From Eledone cirrhosa (taxonomy: Eukaryota): a stretch of 64,000 nucleotides of DNA. Positions 37,351 to 52,400 of this stretch are shown piece by piece. How positions within the stretch are numbered: the first letter of the stretch is position 1; each line of letters starts with the position of its first letter. The notes beneath the pieces are model-generated. The model saw only the letters and a program-made list of their open reading frames with translations. It was not told the origin of the DNA and ran no database searches. The stretch is from contig OZ024741.1 of NCBI GenBank assembly GCA_964016885.1, forward strand, positions 149,668,001 to 149,732,000. The letters run 5' to 3'. A program made the translations under genes and the position numbers.

Positions 37351-37414
<64 letters not shown>
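37260..37414. repeat. (GGT)n/(GTA)n and (CA)n microsatellites in the probable Sin3 3' UTR
   Basis: Seen directly, downstream of the Sin3 stop codon. Confidence 0.93.
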
Positions 37415-37417
<3 letters not shown>

Positions 37418-37575
37418 AGTAACCCACTTTCACATATCTTTCACTCCTTCACTCTTTAAAAAAAAATACAAAGAAATAAAATTAAAAAAAAAAACCCAAA
37501 CTATCACACGAGCACATTTAACACAATCAAACTGATGTGATCTGGTCTCTCTCTCTTTCACACTATCACTCAAAC

Positions 37576-37824
37576 TCAGTCGGCATGGGATGGTCTCTGT
37601 GGATGGTCAGAAAATTCCACCTTGTATTTGTTGTAGCAATAATAAGGGGCACAGTCCGGAAATATTCTCTCAACAGTTGTCTTCGATGGCCGAATGCCGT
37701 CCGTTTTACCCGTCATCCACTGCACGCAGGCCAACTCCTGCTCATTTGTCACATGATCTTTACGCCAATCGTTAACCCACTTGTCAAACTTTTTGTGTAA
37801 CCTTAGCGACACTCTTTTGTGGGA
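37576..37824 (-). CDS. SIN3A: Sin3 terminal coding exon
   Basis: [17 protein letters not shown]...CVQWM...YNKYKVEF, then TGA. Confidence 0.92.
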   Translation of the reverse strand, partial: SHKRVSLRLHKKFDKWVNDWRKDHVTNEQELACVQWMTGKTDGIRPSKTTVERIFPDCAPYYCYNKYKVEFSDHPQRPSHAD

Positions 37825-40800
37825 CTGAAAATAATAAAACAAAATTAAAATTATATTACATTTGTCAACAATTCAAGTGTCAATAATTAGTATAAGTATA
37901 ATGATGGTAGTAATTAGAACACATGGTTGTCCATAGCAATCAACATGACATAGCAACAGAAAAGTCAACATAAGGACCATGCTTTAACATAAGCTGTTTA
38001 TTTGTAATAAAAATGTAAAAATTGTTAAGAATGGCAGTTGTGTGTTACATAACCATGGAAAGAGTGTGTATGTGTGTGTGTGAGAGAAAGAGAGGACAGC
38101 ATGCAAATAGCAAGAAAAATGGAAGTAAAAGAATTTGACTAAGAGCCACTGAAATTATAAAGGGCAAGAACATGCTTGAATTTGAGACGAGATTAGATAG
38201 ATAGACAGACAGGTAAACATTGGACAGATAGATACAGGTAAACATCGGACAAACAGATAGATAAATATGTTCCGTCTAAGCCATAAAAAAAATGAAATTT
38301 TCCAATTGTCCAAACTATGTCCAGACAGTATAGAGTATTACAATAGTAATACTCTAATCCCCATCTTAATATCATTCAGTTTGCCCAAAGAAGATATTTA
38401 CTCCACATATCATCATTTCATCATTTCATTTTACGTTCACTTTTCCCTGCTTGCAAGGGTGGGACGGGAACTGATTCTGGCTTGATTTCTACAGCTGGGT
38501 GCCCTTCCTAACACCAACCTCATTTACAGTGAGTGCTGGGTGCTTTTTTGCCGTGGCACCTCCACGACCACTTTGCAGTGGAATGATAGGGACCCCAGTC
38601 CCTATCATCTCATTTCTACAGCTGAGTAAACTGGAGCAATGTGAAATAAAGTGCCTTGCTCAAGGAAACAGCACATATATCTAAGTGATATAATAATGGT
38701 TTCTGGTTTAGGCACAAGGCCAACAATTTTGGGGGAGCGGAAAGCTGATTAAATCGACTGCAGTGCATCACTGGTGCTTTATTTTGTCAAACCCCATAAG
38801 GATGAAAAGCAAAGCAGGATTTGGCAGGATTTGAATTCAGGATGTAAAGAGATGTAACTATATGCTGCAAAGCCTGTTGTCCGAAGCTCTGCCGATACTG
38901 CCAATCCACCATTACTAATGGAAAGAGGCAGCTCTAAATACATCCTATAAGATGACATGATAGGACCCCCCCCAGTCTACTCTGAATAGAGATCGTGTTG
39001 GTGACATGGCCTCCTGATTTGATGACCCATCTAACTCATGCAAATGTGGAAAATGGATGTTAAACGATGATGATGATTTATGTGATTGACCATTTAGTAG
39101 GTGAGAGTGTAGTCAATTTAATTAATCCTAGCATCAACTGTACAAACTTAGAATATAAATATTAGTAAAGACATTCACAATATTAATGATTTCTTTATTG
39201 GCTATTGGGACCAAAAACATTGAGATCAAAACAATAAACAGAGAAATGTAAAAAAAAAAAGTAACAAACTATATAACAGAATTCCCCAATAGAAATTGGG
39301 TGGGAGGAGGTTGCAGCACCCAGGTGTAATTCACAGCATTAATAAAGGCAATGGTTATTAAGAACAGATAGTGAATTGCGGTGGGTGCAAGGTTAAAGTA
39401 AAAAACAGGCATTGATTAGTAAGACAGAATGATAGACTAGTAACAAAGTAGGTGGTAACCTGGGGAGTGGGGGAACTGAGAAGCCAAATGATGGATATTT
39501 TAAAATGAAGTGCAATGTTATGTGGATTTAAGATGAGATATGTTATATGAACATCTTACATAAACTTGCAGAAAACGAATGACAACCTAACTAGAAGCAT
39601 AAACTTAGGGTTACAGCAGAATAACCTTCAAACAGGAAGAAATGAAAAATAAATGAAGGCAGATTTGTTAAATTTTGTAGAATCAGCAGAAAGAAAAGAT
39701 TTGAGATAGAAAGAGGGGAGGGGAATAAAAAAAAAAGCAACAGAACAAGAAATTTGTAACAAGAATGGTGGTAATTAGTATGCGAATGATAGGAATTTGT
39801 AACGAGAATGGCAGTAATTAATGCTAGGTATAGGAAAAGTCCTGAGATTTAAAAGATGGTATAAACTATGAATCCGGTTTTAAAAGTGGGCCGAAACTAG
39901 AGAATCATACTGCTTCTTATATTTCGCATTTGATTTTACACACACACACACACATAGATATATACATATATATAGATACACACACACATATGTATATGTG
40001 TGTGTGTGTATATATATACATATATATAGATAGATACACATACAAACGTGCCATATATTTATTTAATATATAAAAGAGGGCAGTTTAGATGACAAAAAAA
40101 AAAGTGACTTACCTCCCTTGCATGTTTTAGCGAGAGTTTTTTGTACAAATAGCTCTCGCTGTTCACCACATAAACCATTTTAAATGAGTTCACATTAAAC
40201 TTGCATTCAGTGTTGTCGATAATGTCCATGTCATTATGTAACTGTTTATGATAGGCAGCGCCACTGTCACGATCACAGTCTTTTCCAAGGGAAGCCTTCA
40301 GTAAGTTACGAAGTCTCAGGTTCCTGTGAAGGGGAAATAAGTGGTCAGTAAAAACTGGATCAACAAGGAATGGCTAACTAGCAGTAAAATAGGCTGTCTT
40401 TGCTAAGGTCTCCTCATCACCTTTGGCTGACAGTTGGTCAGTTACAGTATTCAGTCCATGAGAATGCAGGGCAATATATTCACCTTTGGTGAAATGATAT
40501 TCTAGCCAGTTGCCCTTACAAGTGAGCAATTTTGGGGGAAAGGAAAGTCGATTAAATCGACCCCAGTGTGTTACTGCTACTTCAATTTATCAAAAACCCC
40601 TGAAAATATGAAAGGCAAAGCTGGCCTCAATGGGATTTGAACTTGTAAACAAATTAAATAATGCATGGCTCTCTAATGATTCCAATTCACCACGGAATAA
40701 CGGTTTCTAATTTAGAAAGCCAGCAATTTAGGGAAGGGAGAAAATCGATTATACCGACTTCAGTGCTTGACTGGTACTTTATTTTATCAACCCTGGGAAG

Positions 40801-40915
40801 ACGAAAGGCAAAGTTGACCGTGGCAAGATTTGAACTCAGAACCTTAAGAACCTATAAATGTACTTTTTCCAATGCTCTACCAATTCAGCCAATGCATCAA
40901 CCATGTACCATATAA

Positions 40916-40953
<38 letters not shown>

Positions 40954-43900
40954 ATAAACTAACTTATTCAGTCAAATAGTCAGAGAGAAGTATGTCAGTT
41001 AGGTTTACTTTGTAGAAAAGGATATGAGCCGATAGATTGGACCAAGGAAACTGTGTTTCCATTGGTCTTTCCATTGCTGATACTATCTGCCTGGTGCAAT
41101 TCCTGGCAGAAGAAAGTGAGATTCAAACTCAGAACGCAGAGCCAGATCAGATACTGCAAATCCCAACTCAAGCAATTCTGCCAATCCACTGTCTTTCAAC
41201 TGGTATTTTATCAAGCCCAAAAGGATGTAAAGCAAAGTTGATCTTAGTAAGATTTGAACTCCGCGCGCCGGAACAAATATGGAAGCATTTAATTTACCAC
41301 CCTAACAACTCTGCCAATTTGGTTTATAGAGTCGGTGTGTTATTTAGAGGGGAAAAAAACAAACAAAAAAAGTTGATTCAGAATATTAGAAGTTGGACTG
41401 GAGAAAAGTAAAAGGCATGAAAATTGTTCAGTACTAATAATGTGGGGGTGGGTGGAAAGATATGATAGAAACTAATTCATCCAGAATAAAGTCAATGTTA
41501 CAAACAGCTGTCTCCATTCATTCATTTGTTTGAAACAATAACCATGTATATTATTATCATTATTATTATTGTGTGTGTGTGTGCATGTGTATTTCAAGTC
41601 TTAGGTATGGCAGCAACTGCAGATTGTACATTCTGCATTGCCATGTACAGACTGCAGTTGCTGCCAAACCTTAAGCCTTGAAACCTGAGGTAGCACAACA
41701 AATGTTACGTGAATGAATCAATAACAAATCAACTCTCTTACACTAGATAGAGCCTTCTTTTCCTTTTTCCTTCCGACAGACATTTCGCTACGTATCTATT
41801 TGAATATAAAGTATACAGACCATCACTAGTACAATGGTATATGCCTTGACAATGTAGGAGAGTGTTCACCAACATGTAGAACTCAAGGCATATGTTGTCT
41901 TATGGTCACAGCAAACAGAATAGAGAAAGCATTACCTCAGAGAATAGTGAGAGAAGCATGTTGAAATAGCCAATCCAACTTGCAGGGCTCACTCCTGTGG
42001 GTGGCCAGCCAGCAGAGAGGTGATTTGGAGACCCACAATCACATCTAGTGCTAAACACTAAAGTCATATTATTGAATAATTAGCTAAATTTGGAAACCTC
42101 ACTAAATACCCACCAGTGTATAGTTTTTTCATATTCCTGCTTTCTTTTCATTTATTAATTGAAATCAGAAATGGTTACTCCATTCCAAAGAACAAAGTTT
42201 GTTAACTGATCATCTAGCTAACTAGAAATTGCACTAACTAAAGATAATATTCCCCATATCATCATAAATCACCATTTAACATTCATTTTCCCTGCAAGCA
42301 AGAGTTGGACAAATCATCACAGACCAAGTCAGTTCTCAAGCAGAACCACTACAGAGTGCAGCATATATTTAATCATGGCACCAGCAAGTTTTCTATAGCC
42401 GGATGTCTTTCCTACTACCAACCACTTCACAGACTGTACTGGATGTGTTTTATTGTCACTAACACCAAGGTTGTCATGCCCTTGACACAACTGAAGATTT
42501 CTATAGTTGGATACCCTTCTTATCACAAACCACTTCACAGGCTGTCCCAAGTGCATTTTTCATAACACGAGCACTGAAGAGTCCTCTCAACACTTTGGCA
42601 TGGTCTATATGGCTGGAATCCATTCCTAACACCAACAATTTTACAGTATGTACTGGGTGTGTTTTATCTAAGGAGACTCTTGGTCATTCACTAAGCTGAA
42701 GAGCTCTCTCTATCCTATGGAGGTTGAAGAATATGTCACAGGCAACAACAGGTGGTAGTGGTGGGGGGACAGTCACGGGCAGGATTAATAAGTATAATGT
42801 AGAGAAATGGAAGGAAAAGGTGTGAGAAATGACAGCCCCATGAGCCCCACTCACTGAGATACTTTTCACCTCTTTATACTGCTGTCATCCTTCATACCAT
42901 TGCAGTCCTTCCTCTTGTACACAACATCAGATTCATCTAATACAGAGTCCTTCTCTAGGCTTATCCTTGTCACACATCCACCAAAATATATTCACCACAC
43001 TTCCCTCCAGCCAGATCCTCTGCAGTAAGGTATGTATCTCATAGCCAAGCAAAATTGCCGTTCATACATAGCCTACCCCTCACTCTAAGAGAGAAGGCTC
43101 CTGTTGTCAGCAGAGGTACAAGCTCACTAAGCCTCCTCCAGCTACAACATCTTTAGAGTATCCTACCCTACTGCTGAGTAGGTTAGCCAGGTGATAAAAA
43201 CTGTCAATAAACTTTAGGGAGCTTCCCAGGATATTGAAGGAATTTAATTCATGCGCACTCCTAGTACTCACTTCCCTCATCTATCCACCACAGTCTTTCT
43301 TCTCCATCAACCTGCTTGTAATCTCACTATATCTCCTCTGCATCCTTAGATTACATTGCATCTTATAGAACTTCTGCTCGCTTCCCTCTTTCCCACCTTG
43401 TTAGTACCTTAGTCTTTGTCAAGTTTACTTTTAGGACTCTTGATTTCAAATTCCTCCATGGATTCAGCTATAAGGACTAGATCATCAGATATATAGGGCC
43501 CATAGTGTGCCTGTCCCAAACTCCTTTGTTATGGCCTAAAGAACAACAATAAACAGAAGTGAACTGAAGACTTCAAATTCATCACCGTGCATACGTCAAC
43601 TCACATCCTGCAGGTTGCACCTCCACACGAGTCTCTTGTCCGCACCTAGCTTCCCTTACAGCCACTAGATAATACAGCAGAGAAACCCACCAAAGGCCCT
43701 CTTGTAACACACAAACACAAGGTACAGGGGTTTAATCATACACACACCATTATGATTTTATGTTTGTCTTCTGCATTGACAAAGGTTGGACAGACTGTCA
43801 TAACTTGAGATCAGACAGGTTGGATGCTCTTTCCAACACCAACCACCATTACAACTTTAAAGATTGCTTTATTTCATGGCACCAACACCATCACTTTACA

Positions 43901-46443
43901 AGGTGAACCAGATGCATTTTATCATAGCACCAGAACTAGAGAAGTTGTCACTCATTTGGCCAAACTGAATAGTCCTCTCAGATCCTATATTGTCTATGTT
44001 TGATTGCCAAACATCATAGCCTCCAAAATCTCACCACATTTACTTTCAGAGTTGCAATGCTTGAACTAATAGACAGGACTTTTGTATTATGACTTATTGC
44101 AAGTAAACTACTTCATGGGGCTCACACACATACAATTATATATTCACTCCATACATCATCAATTGAAAAGTTTGGTTTTATCTAAAAAAAAATTTTAAAT
44201 AGCAATAAAAGGAAAAAAACTAAAACATTTACAGTCCAATTTTCCAATATTTTTTTAAATGTGCACCAGTGAGAAGTGAAGTTGTGAGGAGGGAACAGCT
44301 GAGTTTGTTGAGATGTTCTTACAATGACATGTTCCTGAGATAAAAGAATTAATTACACAACAGGGACAACTAACAAGATTAATTAGATATGAGTGAGACA
44401 GAGAGAAGGATTAAAGTGGTAAAAATCAGAGGTGTCATTAATGAGTGAAACAGAGAAGCGATGGGTAGTGGGGTTGAATTAAAACACTCCCACTTACACA
44501 GAAAAAACAAAAAAAAACACAGCAATTAGTTTGTGTATAATCCATGTATGTAAATGCAGCCGAAACACAGCAGCAAAGCAGGGGAGGGGGTCGCAGGAAT
44601 TATAACAAACAAAAAACAAACAGCTACAGCATAGCAAATATCTAAAAATAGCAAAGAGAGAGGGAGTGGGGCAGAAGAAGCACATGAAAGAGCTAGAACA
44701 GTGCAGCAGGGTGGCAGAACTATCTTCCCATTGTGCATTTGTTTGTTTATTTACACACACACCACACATGTATATACATCTTAGAACGGCAAAATTGGAC
44801 ATACATATATATACACACACACATACATATACATGTTTGCATTGCAAAAAATGGACACGCATATTTTTTTTTTTGTTAGAGCTCAGACCTAGACAGGTTT
44901 AGTTGATTTCCCGTGAGATGCAATCTCATGAGAGGTCTTTTCAGTGTTTTAATGATAGAGACCGCAATCCTATCACTTATGTTTACACACACAAGGTTAT
45001 GAGGTTTCCAAACTGCATATGCTGCCGCTATACAGTTCAACAGAAATGTGTGCACAGCTGACAATCACTACTAATCATCCTACTGAGTTAGTCTACAAAG
45101 AGGTTACATCTTACCTACTTGAGAGCTTTTCTAATGTGTTACAATGTCGTGCTAAGATTTACAATAGCTGACTAATTCAAGCAACATTCCAGCATTATTT
45201 TGCACAAAGCTCAGTCAATTTGCTACAAAGAGCTTCGAAATACTTTCTCAGGCATTTAGCAAAGTCTTTAAAATGAACATGTGCTAACCACATTTCAATG
45301 CTGGTCAAGTGTCAGTTAAGATGATGAATGTTCACGATGACTAATTATCATCATCAGCGTTTTACGTCCGTTCTTCCATGCTAGCATGGGTTAGACAGAT
45401 TGTCCTGTTGTGGGCAGTGTCCGGTTGGCTGACCTTGTCTTGCTCATACAGGAACTGATTCTGGCTTGATGCCCTTCCTAACACCAACCTCATTTACAGT
45501 GAGTGCTGGGTGCTTTTTTTCCGTGGCGCCTACACGTCTACTTTGCAGTGGAATGATAGGACCCCAGTCCTATCACCTCATTTCTACAGCTGAGTAAACT
45601 GGAGCAATGTGAAATAAAGTGTCTTGCTCAAGGAAACAACACATCACCCAGTCCGAGAATCGAACTCACACCTTTCGATTGCAGGCCCAATGCTCTAACC
45701 ACTAAGCCATGTGCCTTACTAAAAGAAAAACCTCCAAGTAATCATCACCACCATTACCACTATTATTACATTAATTTTCCACGTTGGCATGGACAAGACA
45801 GGTTGTTATGTTCTACGTTCCATTTTTGGATTGGTTTCAACAGTTGGATGCCTTTCTTAATCCCAACCACTTTCCAGAGAGTACTGGGTATGGAAAATGT
45901 GAGAAAAATTTGTAAACTCATCCACGAGGAGAAAGTGGCTAGACAATCCATCAGTCTATCACATGATTGGAAATAAATTATGGAGCCTGCCAGAAGATTC
46001 TCATGGAAAACCCAAAAGTAATGAGGTTTTTGACAAACAACATCATCATAATCATCATCGTTTAATGTCTATCTTCCACACTAGCATAGTCAGTTCAAAC
46101 CCTCTGTACTTATCCCCCATGACATGTAGTTAGTGCAAACCTTCTATACACATCTAGCTTCCCACATGACATGGCAGCTGTTCCAAACCCTCCCTATCCA
46201 TTTGACCTGTTCCTACTTTGCGGGATCGTTGCGTACGTTCCTGAGGGAAACATTTCAATGGGAGTAGCGTTTGAATATAAAATACATTATTAACTGGAGT
46301 AATGGTGTACTTTGGATTTAGGGTTAATCTATAAACTTTCTGATACACACACAAAACATATATCATCATCATCGTTTAACGTCTATCTTCCACGCTAGCA
46401 TGACACACAGACATAAATTCATACTTACACACACACACAAATT

Positions 46444-46485
<42 letters not shown>

Positions 46486-49400
46486 AAATTGTGCACATAT
46501 GGTATACATAAAAACAATAAAACATTTACATTGAATGAAAAACTAGATAAATAAGGTATAAATTTAGGAAAGTGCCAAGTAGAAAGTATTTTACCTTGGG
46601 AGAAAGACTGCCTTCTTTGTAAGGCTTTCCTGAACATCAATGGGCAGGGCAGAGTCTGCCGTGTAACTCTCAATGTAGTTAGCCCATTTCGTTGCATTGG
46701 TCGGATCTTCAGTGCCATCATCAGATTGCTCATGCTGTTCTGTATCCAGAAGCTCAATGGTAAGCCGGTAATCTCTTTTAAACTGTTATGGCAATAAACA
46801 GAAACAGATCAGTCATATATACTACTAGTTATATCAACAACTTTTACAGTTTAGTCAGAGAGAGAAAAAGGTATCCTCAAATTAGAAACCTCGCCAGAGT
46901 ATCTGCAACTAAGTGGACTCTGCTAAAGGCACCCAAGAGCCAGCTAAGTATGTCAAAGTGGGATTTGAACTCAGAATGCAAAGAGCTGGATGAAGTCATC
47001 TCATCTGACACTATCAATTTAGCCAATCAACTGCTATGAACTAGTACTTTATTCTATTGACTTTATTTGAAAAAAATACAGAATACTTGTGGCTAGAATC
47101 TTTTATTATAGATCTGCTTGATCATAGCTAATCTGTGGCTAAACAACAATATGTCATCAATAGAAACTAACTTGCAAATGGCAGATAGTATTGGCGATGG
47201 AATGACCCATGAAAACAGTGCTTCCATGGGCCGATCTGACAATCAGCTCCTTTCCCGTTCACAGAATGTCATTAACTAATAGCTCCAACACAAATCTTTA
47301 GACCAATTCACTTCAATTACTTCATAATTCTGGACTCAACTCCTATTATGGTGGGTGGGCTTTGCTCAACTTCAATGCAATGATCAATGAAATAAATATC
47401 AGTAATATACAGTTCACTTATCTCCTATTACATGTGAGGAAGGAACCTTTCTTTATTACAGTTACTGAGTTGTTAAAGACAAAGTCAAATTCTGTTTTGT
47501 CAACAATTCTGTAACTTTTTTCTCTGCAGGACCTTCTGCCTACTGTTTTGAAAGAGATCTCTACAAGAATATTGTTCATTAACCATACCAACCCATGCCA
47601 GGTCAACACCCTCAGAACTCACAATTTTAGAATAAAAACCAAAGATTTAGAGTTAATTAAAATAAATAAATAAACAAAATTTAAAGTATGTCAAAATCTG
47701 CAACTCACGATCATTATCTTAAAGCAGTTCTCATCACTAAGCAGACTTTCTACCCGTTTCTGATACAGACTTTCAGCTTGAATCCTCTGATGACTAGTGG
47801 CTACTCGGCCACCAACAGCGTTATTCTTCTCCTCTTCATGGTAGATTCTATAGATGTGTGAACAGGTGTCATCACTTGTGAAATGGGCAAGCTGGAAAAC
47901 AGCAACATAGCAAAACAACTGAGTCGAGAGAAAAATTGTCTTTAGAGAAATCAGATGTGTTGAAGAAAAAAACTACACTTGTGTAGACAATGACAGCTGG
48001 ATAAAGAAATACCAGGAGTACCAAGTAGAAGGAGGCTGTGGGTAAAAGAAGTGAATGCTGATCTCAAGAAACTGAACTTCATAAAGGAGACAAAATAACT
48101 CAAGTAGTGAGACCCTGTTTTGGAAGCAAGAAGTGAATTGGTCTGTGACAACCTGTCCAACCCTTAGTAGTAGAGAAAATGGATGTTAACCCTTTAACAT
48201 TACTCTATATATACTATCGTATTCTTGCAGTAAAAGCTTTGTCTCACATAATATCGAATCTATGGGATTTTGATATTATTTATTTTGAGAACAATATCTT
48301 AACATCAGTTATAGCCAGTTTGAACAGAAAGAGGTGAGAGAATTCTGACCGGATACAACTGGTTTAAATGCTAAAGGGATAAATGATGATGACAGCAACT
48401 CATAATCCAGTAAAACAAAATGTTAAAAATTTGATTTCACTATTTTGTTACCAGATTTCTTACGACAGACTTACCTATGTACTTCAATTATTTTTTTTAA
48501 ATAATCAAAAATTTGAAAGGGTTTAGTAAATTAACTAATTTCTCCATTATGATGTTGCTGTTTGGAATATAACAGAAGATTCTTAAATAAACATAGGTTT
48601 AAATTTAAATAACATACTTTAAAATTAAAAATGGACAGTTAATGTGTTATAGAAACAGCAGTTGGCATCAGGCTTATTGGTACAAAAAGGGTTAACGTTT
48701 TTAAGTTTGTAATATATTATCATGCTAAGTTTCTATAGCTTCTGGATGAATTATTAAAAAATGAAAATAAAATAAAATACAAAAAAAAAAACCCACACTA
48801 GATTTGTATAAAATATATAGTGTACCTGTCTAACCAAGTTTTGCACCAGCTTGTCCATAGTAAAGGCAACATAGGCGTGAATCCCAAACATCTCTCTTAG
48901 TTGGTCCTCGTAATGACTAGACTCCAGGTTACCATCCAGCAAATTCTTCACCATATCCAAGAAGTACGGGTAATATTCATCTGGCTCTATTACATCTAGA
49001 AAAGACAAAATAAAAATCATATACACAACTGATATATTTATAATACGTATATAAATTAGACACACACAGACATAATCTTCATCATCATTGTTTAACGTTT
49101 GTTTTCCATGCTTTACTCACACAGAACTGATTTTGACTTGGTTTCTATGGCTGAATGTCTTCCTAAGGCCAAACCCATTTACAGTGTGGACTGGATGCTT
49201 TTTGTTGACTCCTACATGACAACTTTACAGTGTAGACTGGGTGCTTTTTGTTATGACTCCTACATGACAACTTTACAGTGTAGACTGGGTGCTTTTTGAA
49301 GCACAAGCTCGGGCAAGATGTTTTTGTGGAAGACCAGCAATTGTGCATGCATACCAGTCTCCACTCTCATTGCCACTGATCTTGTCCAAAGGAAAAGAAG

Positions 49401-52400
49401 TTGGCTGGGTTTAGTTTTTTAAGGTTGGTCTTCACAACCTTGTCCCAAGTTTCTCTAGATCCACCTCTTTCTGGGGCCCAGCCACTGGGGTTTATCTGCA
49501 CTTTATTTTCATGCAGCTGTTATTCTCTTGCACCCTAAATCCAATTCCTCAAGTTTTTCTCTGTTTGCTTATGCTATGTCGTTCATGTACACTAACATTA
49601 CATATCCATCGGAGCATACTCGATTCATTTCTTTCTAGCCTCTATAGGTCTTCAGCAGTCGAGGCTCCCTGTTTCACAGCCATGTAGCATTACAGTTTGC
49701 ACACAGGTATCATACAGACTACCTTACAGACTACCTTTCAATCTGAGAGAAAAACCCTTTGTTGTCAACAGAGTTAACAGCTCTCTAAACTTCTTCCAGC
49801 ATTCTACTCCACTGCTAATTTGGTCACCTAGGTAGCAAAAGCTGTCAACAACTTCTAAGAGGCCTCCCTGGAAACGAGTACCTTCAGTTGAAGGTACTCG
49901 TTTCCAGCCCCAACAGGATGGAATGTAGCAAAGCAACATTTGTGGGGTCAGAAGACATTATAAGGTGATAGAACTAACAGCAATTATTTTATCAGACACT
50001 AACAACTCTATTAACCAACCATAAAGTAAATAAATAGATCTCCATTGATTTTTATTTGTAATATCTATTGTGTGTTTTTAGTACAAATCCAGCCTCTGGC
50101 CGCAGGAAAAATGGTGACATATCTGTTGAGTTGTGATCAGCAATAAAAAGACTAATGGAAACAGTTTCCTTAGTCAGATCAGACAATTGACTATTTTTTC
50201 TGCAAAATAATTCTTTATAGCATTGGCAAAAGGCCAGCAATTTCTGGGACGGGAAAAGTCAATTATATAACGTGAGAAGGATGAAAGGCAAAGCTGACTG
50301 TGGCAGGATTTGAACACAAAATGTGAAGAACTGTCACTAAATGCTGGAGAGCATTTTCTCCGATGCTAATAACAACATCAATAGTAATAATGTGAATAAT
50401 TTTCCTCGGAATAGATAAAAAAAAAATTACTTGGAGCTCGGAGACGGAGGGCTATGGCTGTCGATTCCTTGCGACCCTTCTTTGCATCAGCTTCTTCCTC
50501 TGCAATTTTCACAGCTTGAGTATAGATTTGGCACAACCGATCACATAATAGTTGGTGAAGCCGGAAGAAGAGGTACCAATTGTTGTTGACAAAAAACAAG
50601 GAATATAAGTCTTGCTGCAAGGAAAGATAAAATAATGCAAAATTAACTATTTATTGTGGGTGATAACCAATAACTTTAGACCTACATGTAAGTCAGGTTT
50701 AACAGGGTTGTTAAATACATACACTCACAATTCGAGACTTTAAATAGGTGATAACTGTCATTCTTAATGGCATAAAATTAAAATAGACATGCATCAACAT
50801 CATTTTACGTCCGCTTTTCCCTGCTTGCAATATATATATATATATGTATGTATACACACACACATACACCATCAACATTATTTAATGTCTGTTTACTCTG
50901 CTAACAAGGGTTGGATATGTCATAACCGACTAGTCAGCACTCAAGTGGAGCCTGTGTTCTCCAGGTGGGCTGAGGGCCTAATATACAACCCCTGTGCTTT
51001 ACCGAGTGTATTTTATAGTGAGAGCAACACATAGTGAGTTGTCCTGTCTGCAAAACAACTGAAGAATTCTCCTGACCCTATGTTTCACAAGATTTCTATG
51101 GCTGGATGCCCTTCCTATCATTAACCAGTGCACTAACTACGTTTATAATGTTCACTAACACTACAGAGGTTATCATCATTGATGGGTCAGGTCAGGTCAG
51201 GTCAGATCAGGTCCTACATTGCTAGGTGGGTTTTCACCAGCCCTACACATCATCAGTCTTTGCAATTCTTTGTCATCTCTGTGGTGAGGTCAGCTTTTTA
51301 ATGTCAGTCGTCACTACCATATCCCATGTCTCCCATGGTTTGCCTCTTCCACAAGATCCCTCCAGAGATTTCTCTGCACTTCTTTACACAGCTGTTATAT
51401 TCCATATACATCACTATTTTCTCACTTGCACACTACATCTGATTCATCTCAGGCCAACTGGCATGGGTTGGACAGGTCACCACTGACCATATCATTACTT
51501 AATCAGACCTAATGTCCTCTTAGATGGGCTGGGTATCCTGTCTTGCTTACACATATTCTGGTTATGACATGGTTTTTACAGTGTACTGAATGTGTCTTAT
51601 CGTGACACCAGCATTAAGGGAGGCTGTCATGTCCTTGACACAACTAAAAGTCGTCTCAACTCTTTTGTTTGGTCACAGAACATGATGCATATAAGTAGAA
51701 CTAATACACACAGAAACTTACGTCTTCAACTTGTGGGATAGCATCAAAGTTTCCATTTAATAATGGCTTTTCAGGAGTCACTTCTATACACTTTTTATTA
51801 TCTTTTTCAGAATTCACTTCGGAATTATGGTTGCTACTGGTGGAAGATGTTAAGATATTGCTGCTGTTGTTGTTACTGCTGCTGCCGCCGCCACCACCAC
51901 CACCACCACCACCGCAACCACCACCGCCACCACCACCACCACCACCACCTTTCTCAGGCTTGTCAACATCATCGACATCCATATCTAAGGTAAGAAAGAA
52001 AACAAGAATTAACAAAAGACACACACACATAAAATCGTCATCACTATCAACCAATGTTTGATTTTCCATGTTAGCACGGATTATCAAAGACTAAGTCAAT
52101 ACATAATCAGAGCCACTGTCCTCTCAAACAGGACAGGGATCATGTTTTGCTAACATACGTTCTGCAGCTGGATGCCTCCCTAACACATACCACTTTAGAA
52201 AGTGTACTAGATTCATTCCATCAGAGCACCAATACCAGGGAGGCTGGCATGCACTTTGTAATACTGAAGAATCCACTAAATTCTTTATAGATTACATACA
52301 TACATGCAATCCTTTTTATAGATATTGTATATATATATGGAGGCACATGGCTTAGTGGTTAGAGCATTGGCCTTGCAATCGAAAGGTTGTGAGTTCAATT

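Noticed and set aside
39400-39900. Possible old L2/Jockey RT relic (also at about 53380-53640)
   Set aside because: Only faint motif resemblance, and the boundaries cannot be defined by eye
51763-52061. Poly-Pro and poly-His ORFs on +
   Set aside because: They are antisense readings of the Sin3 poly-Gly exon
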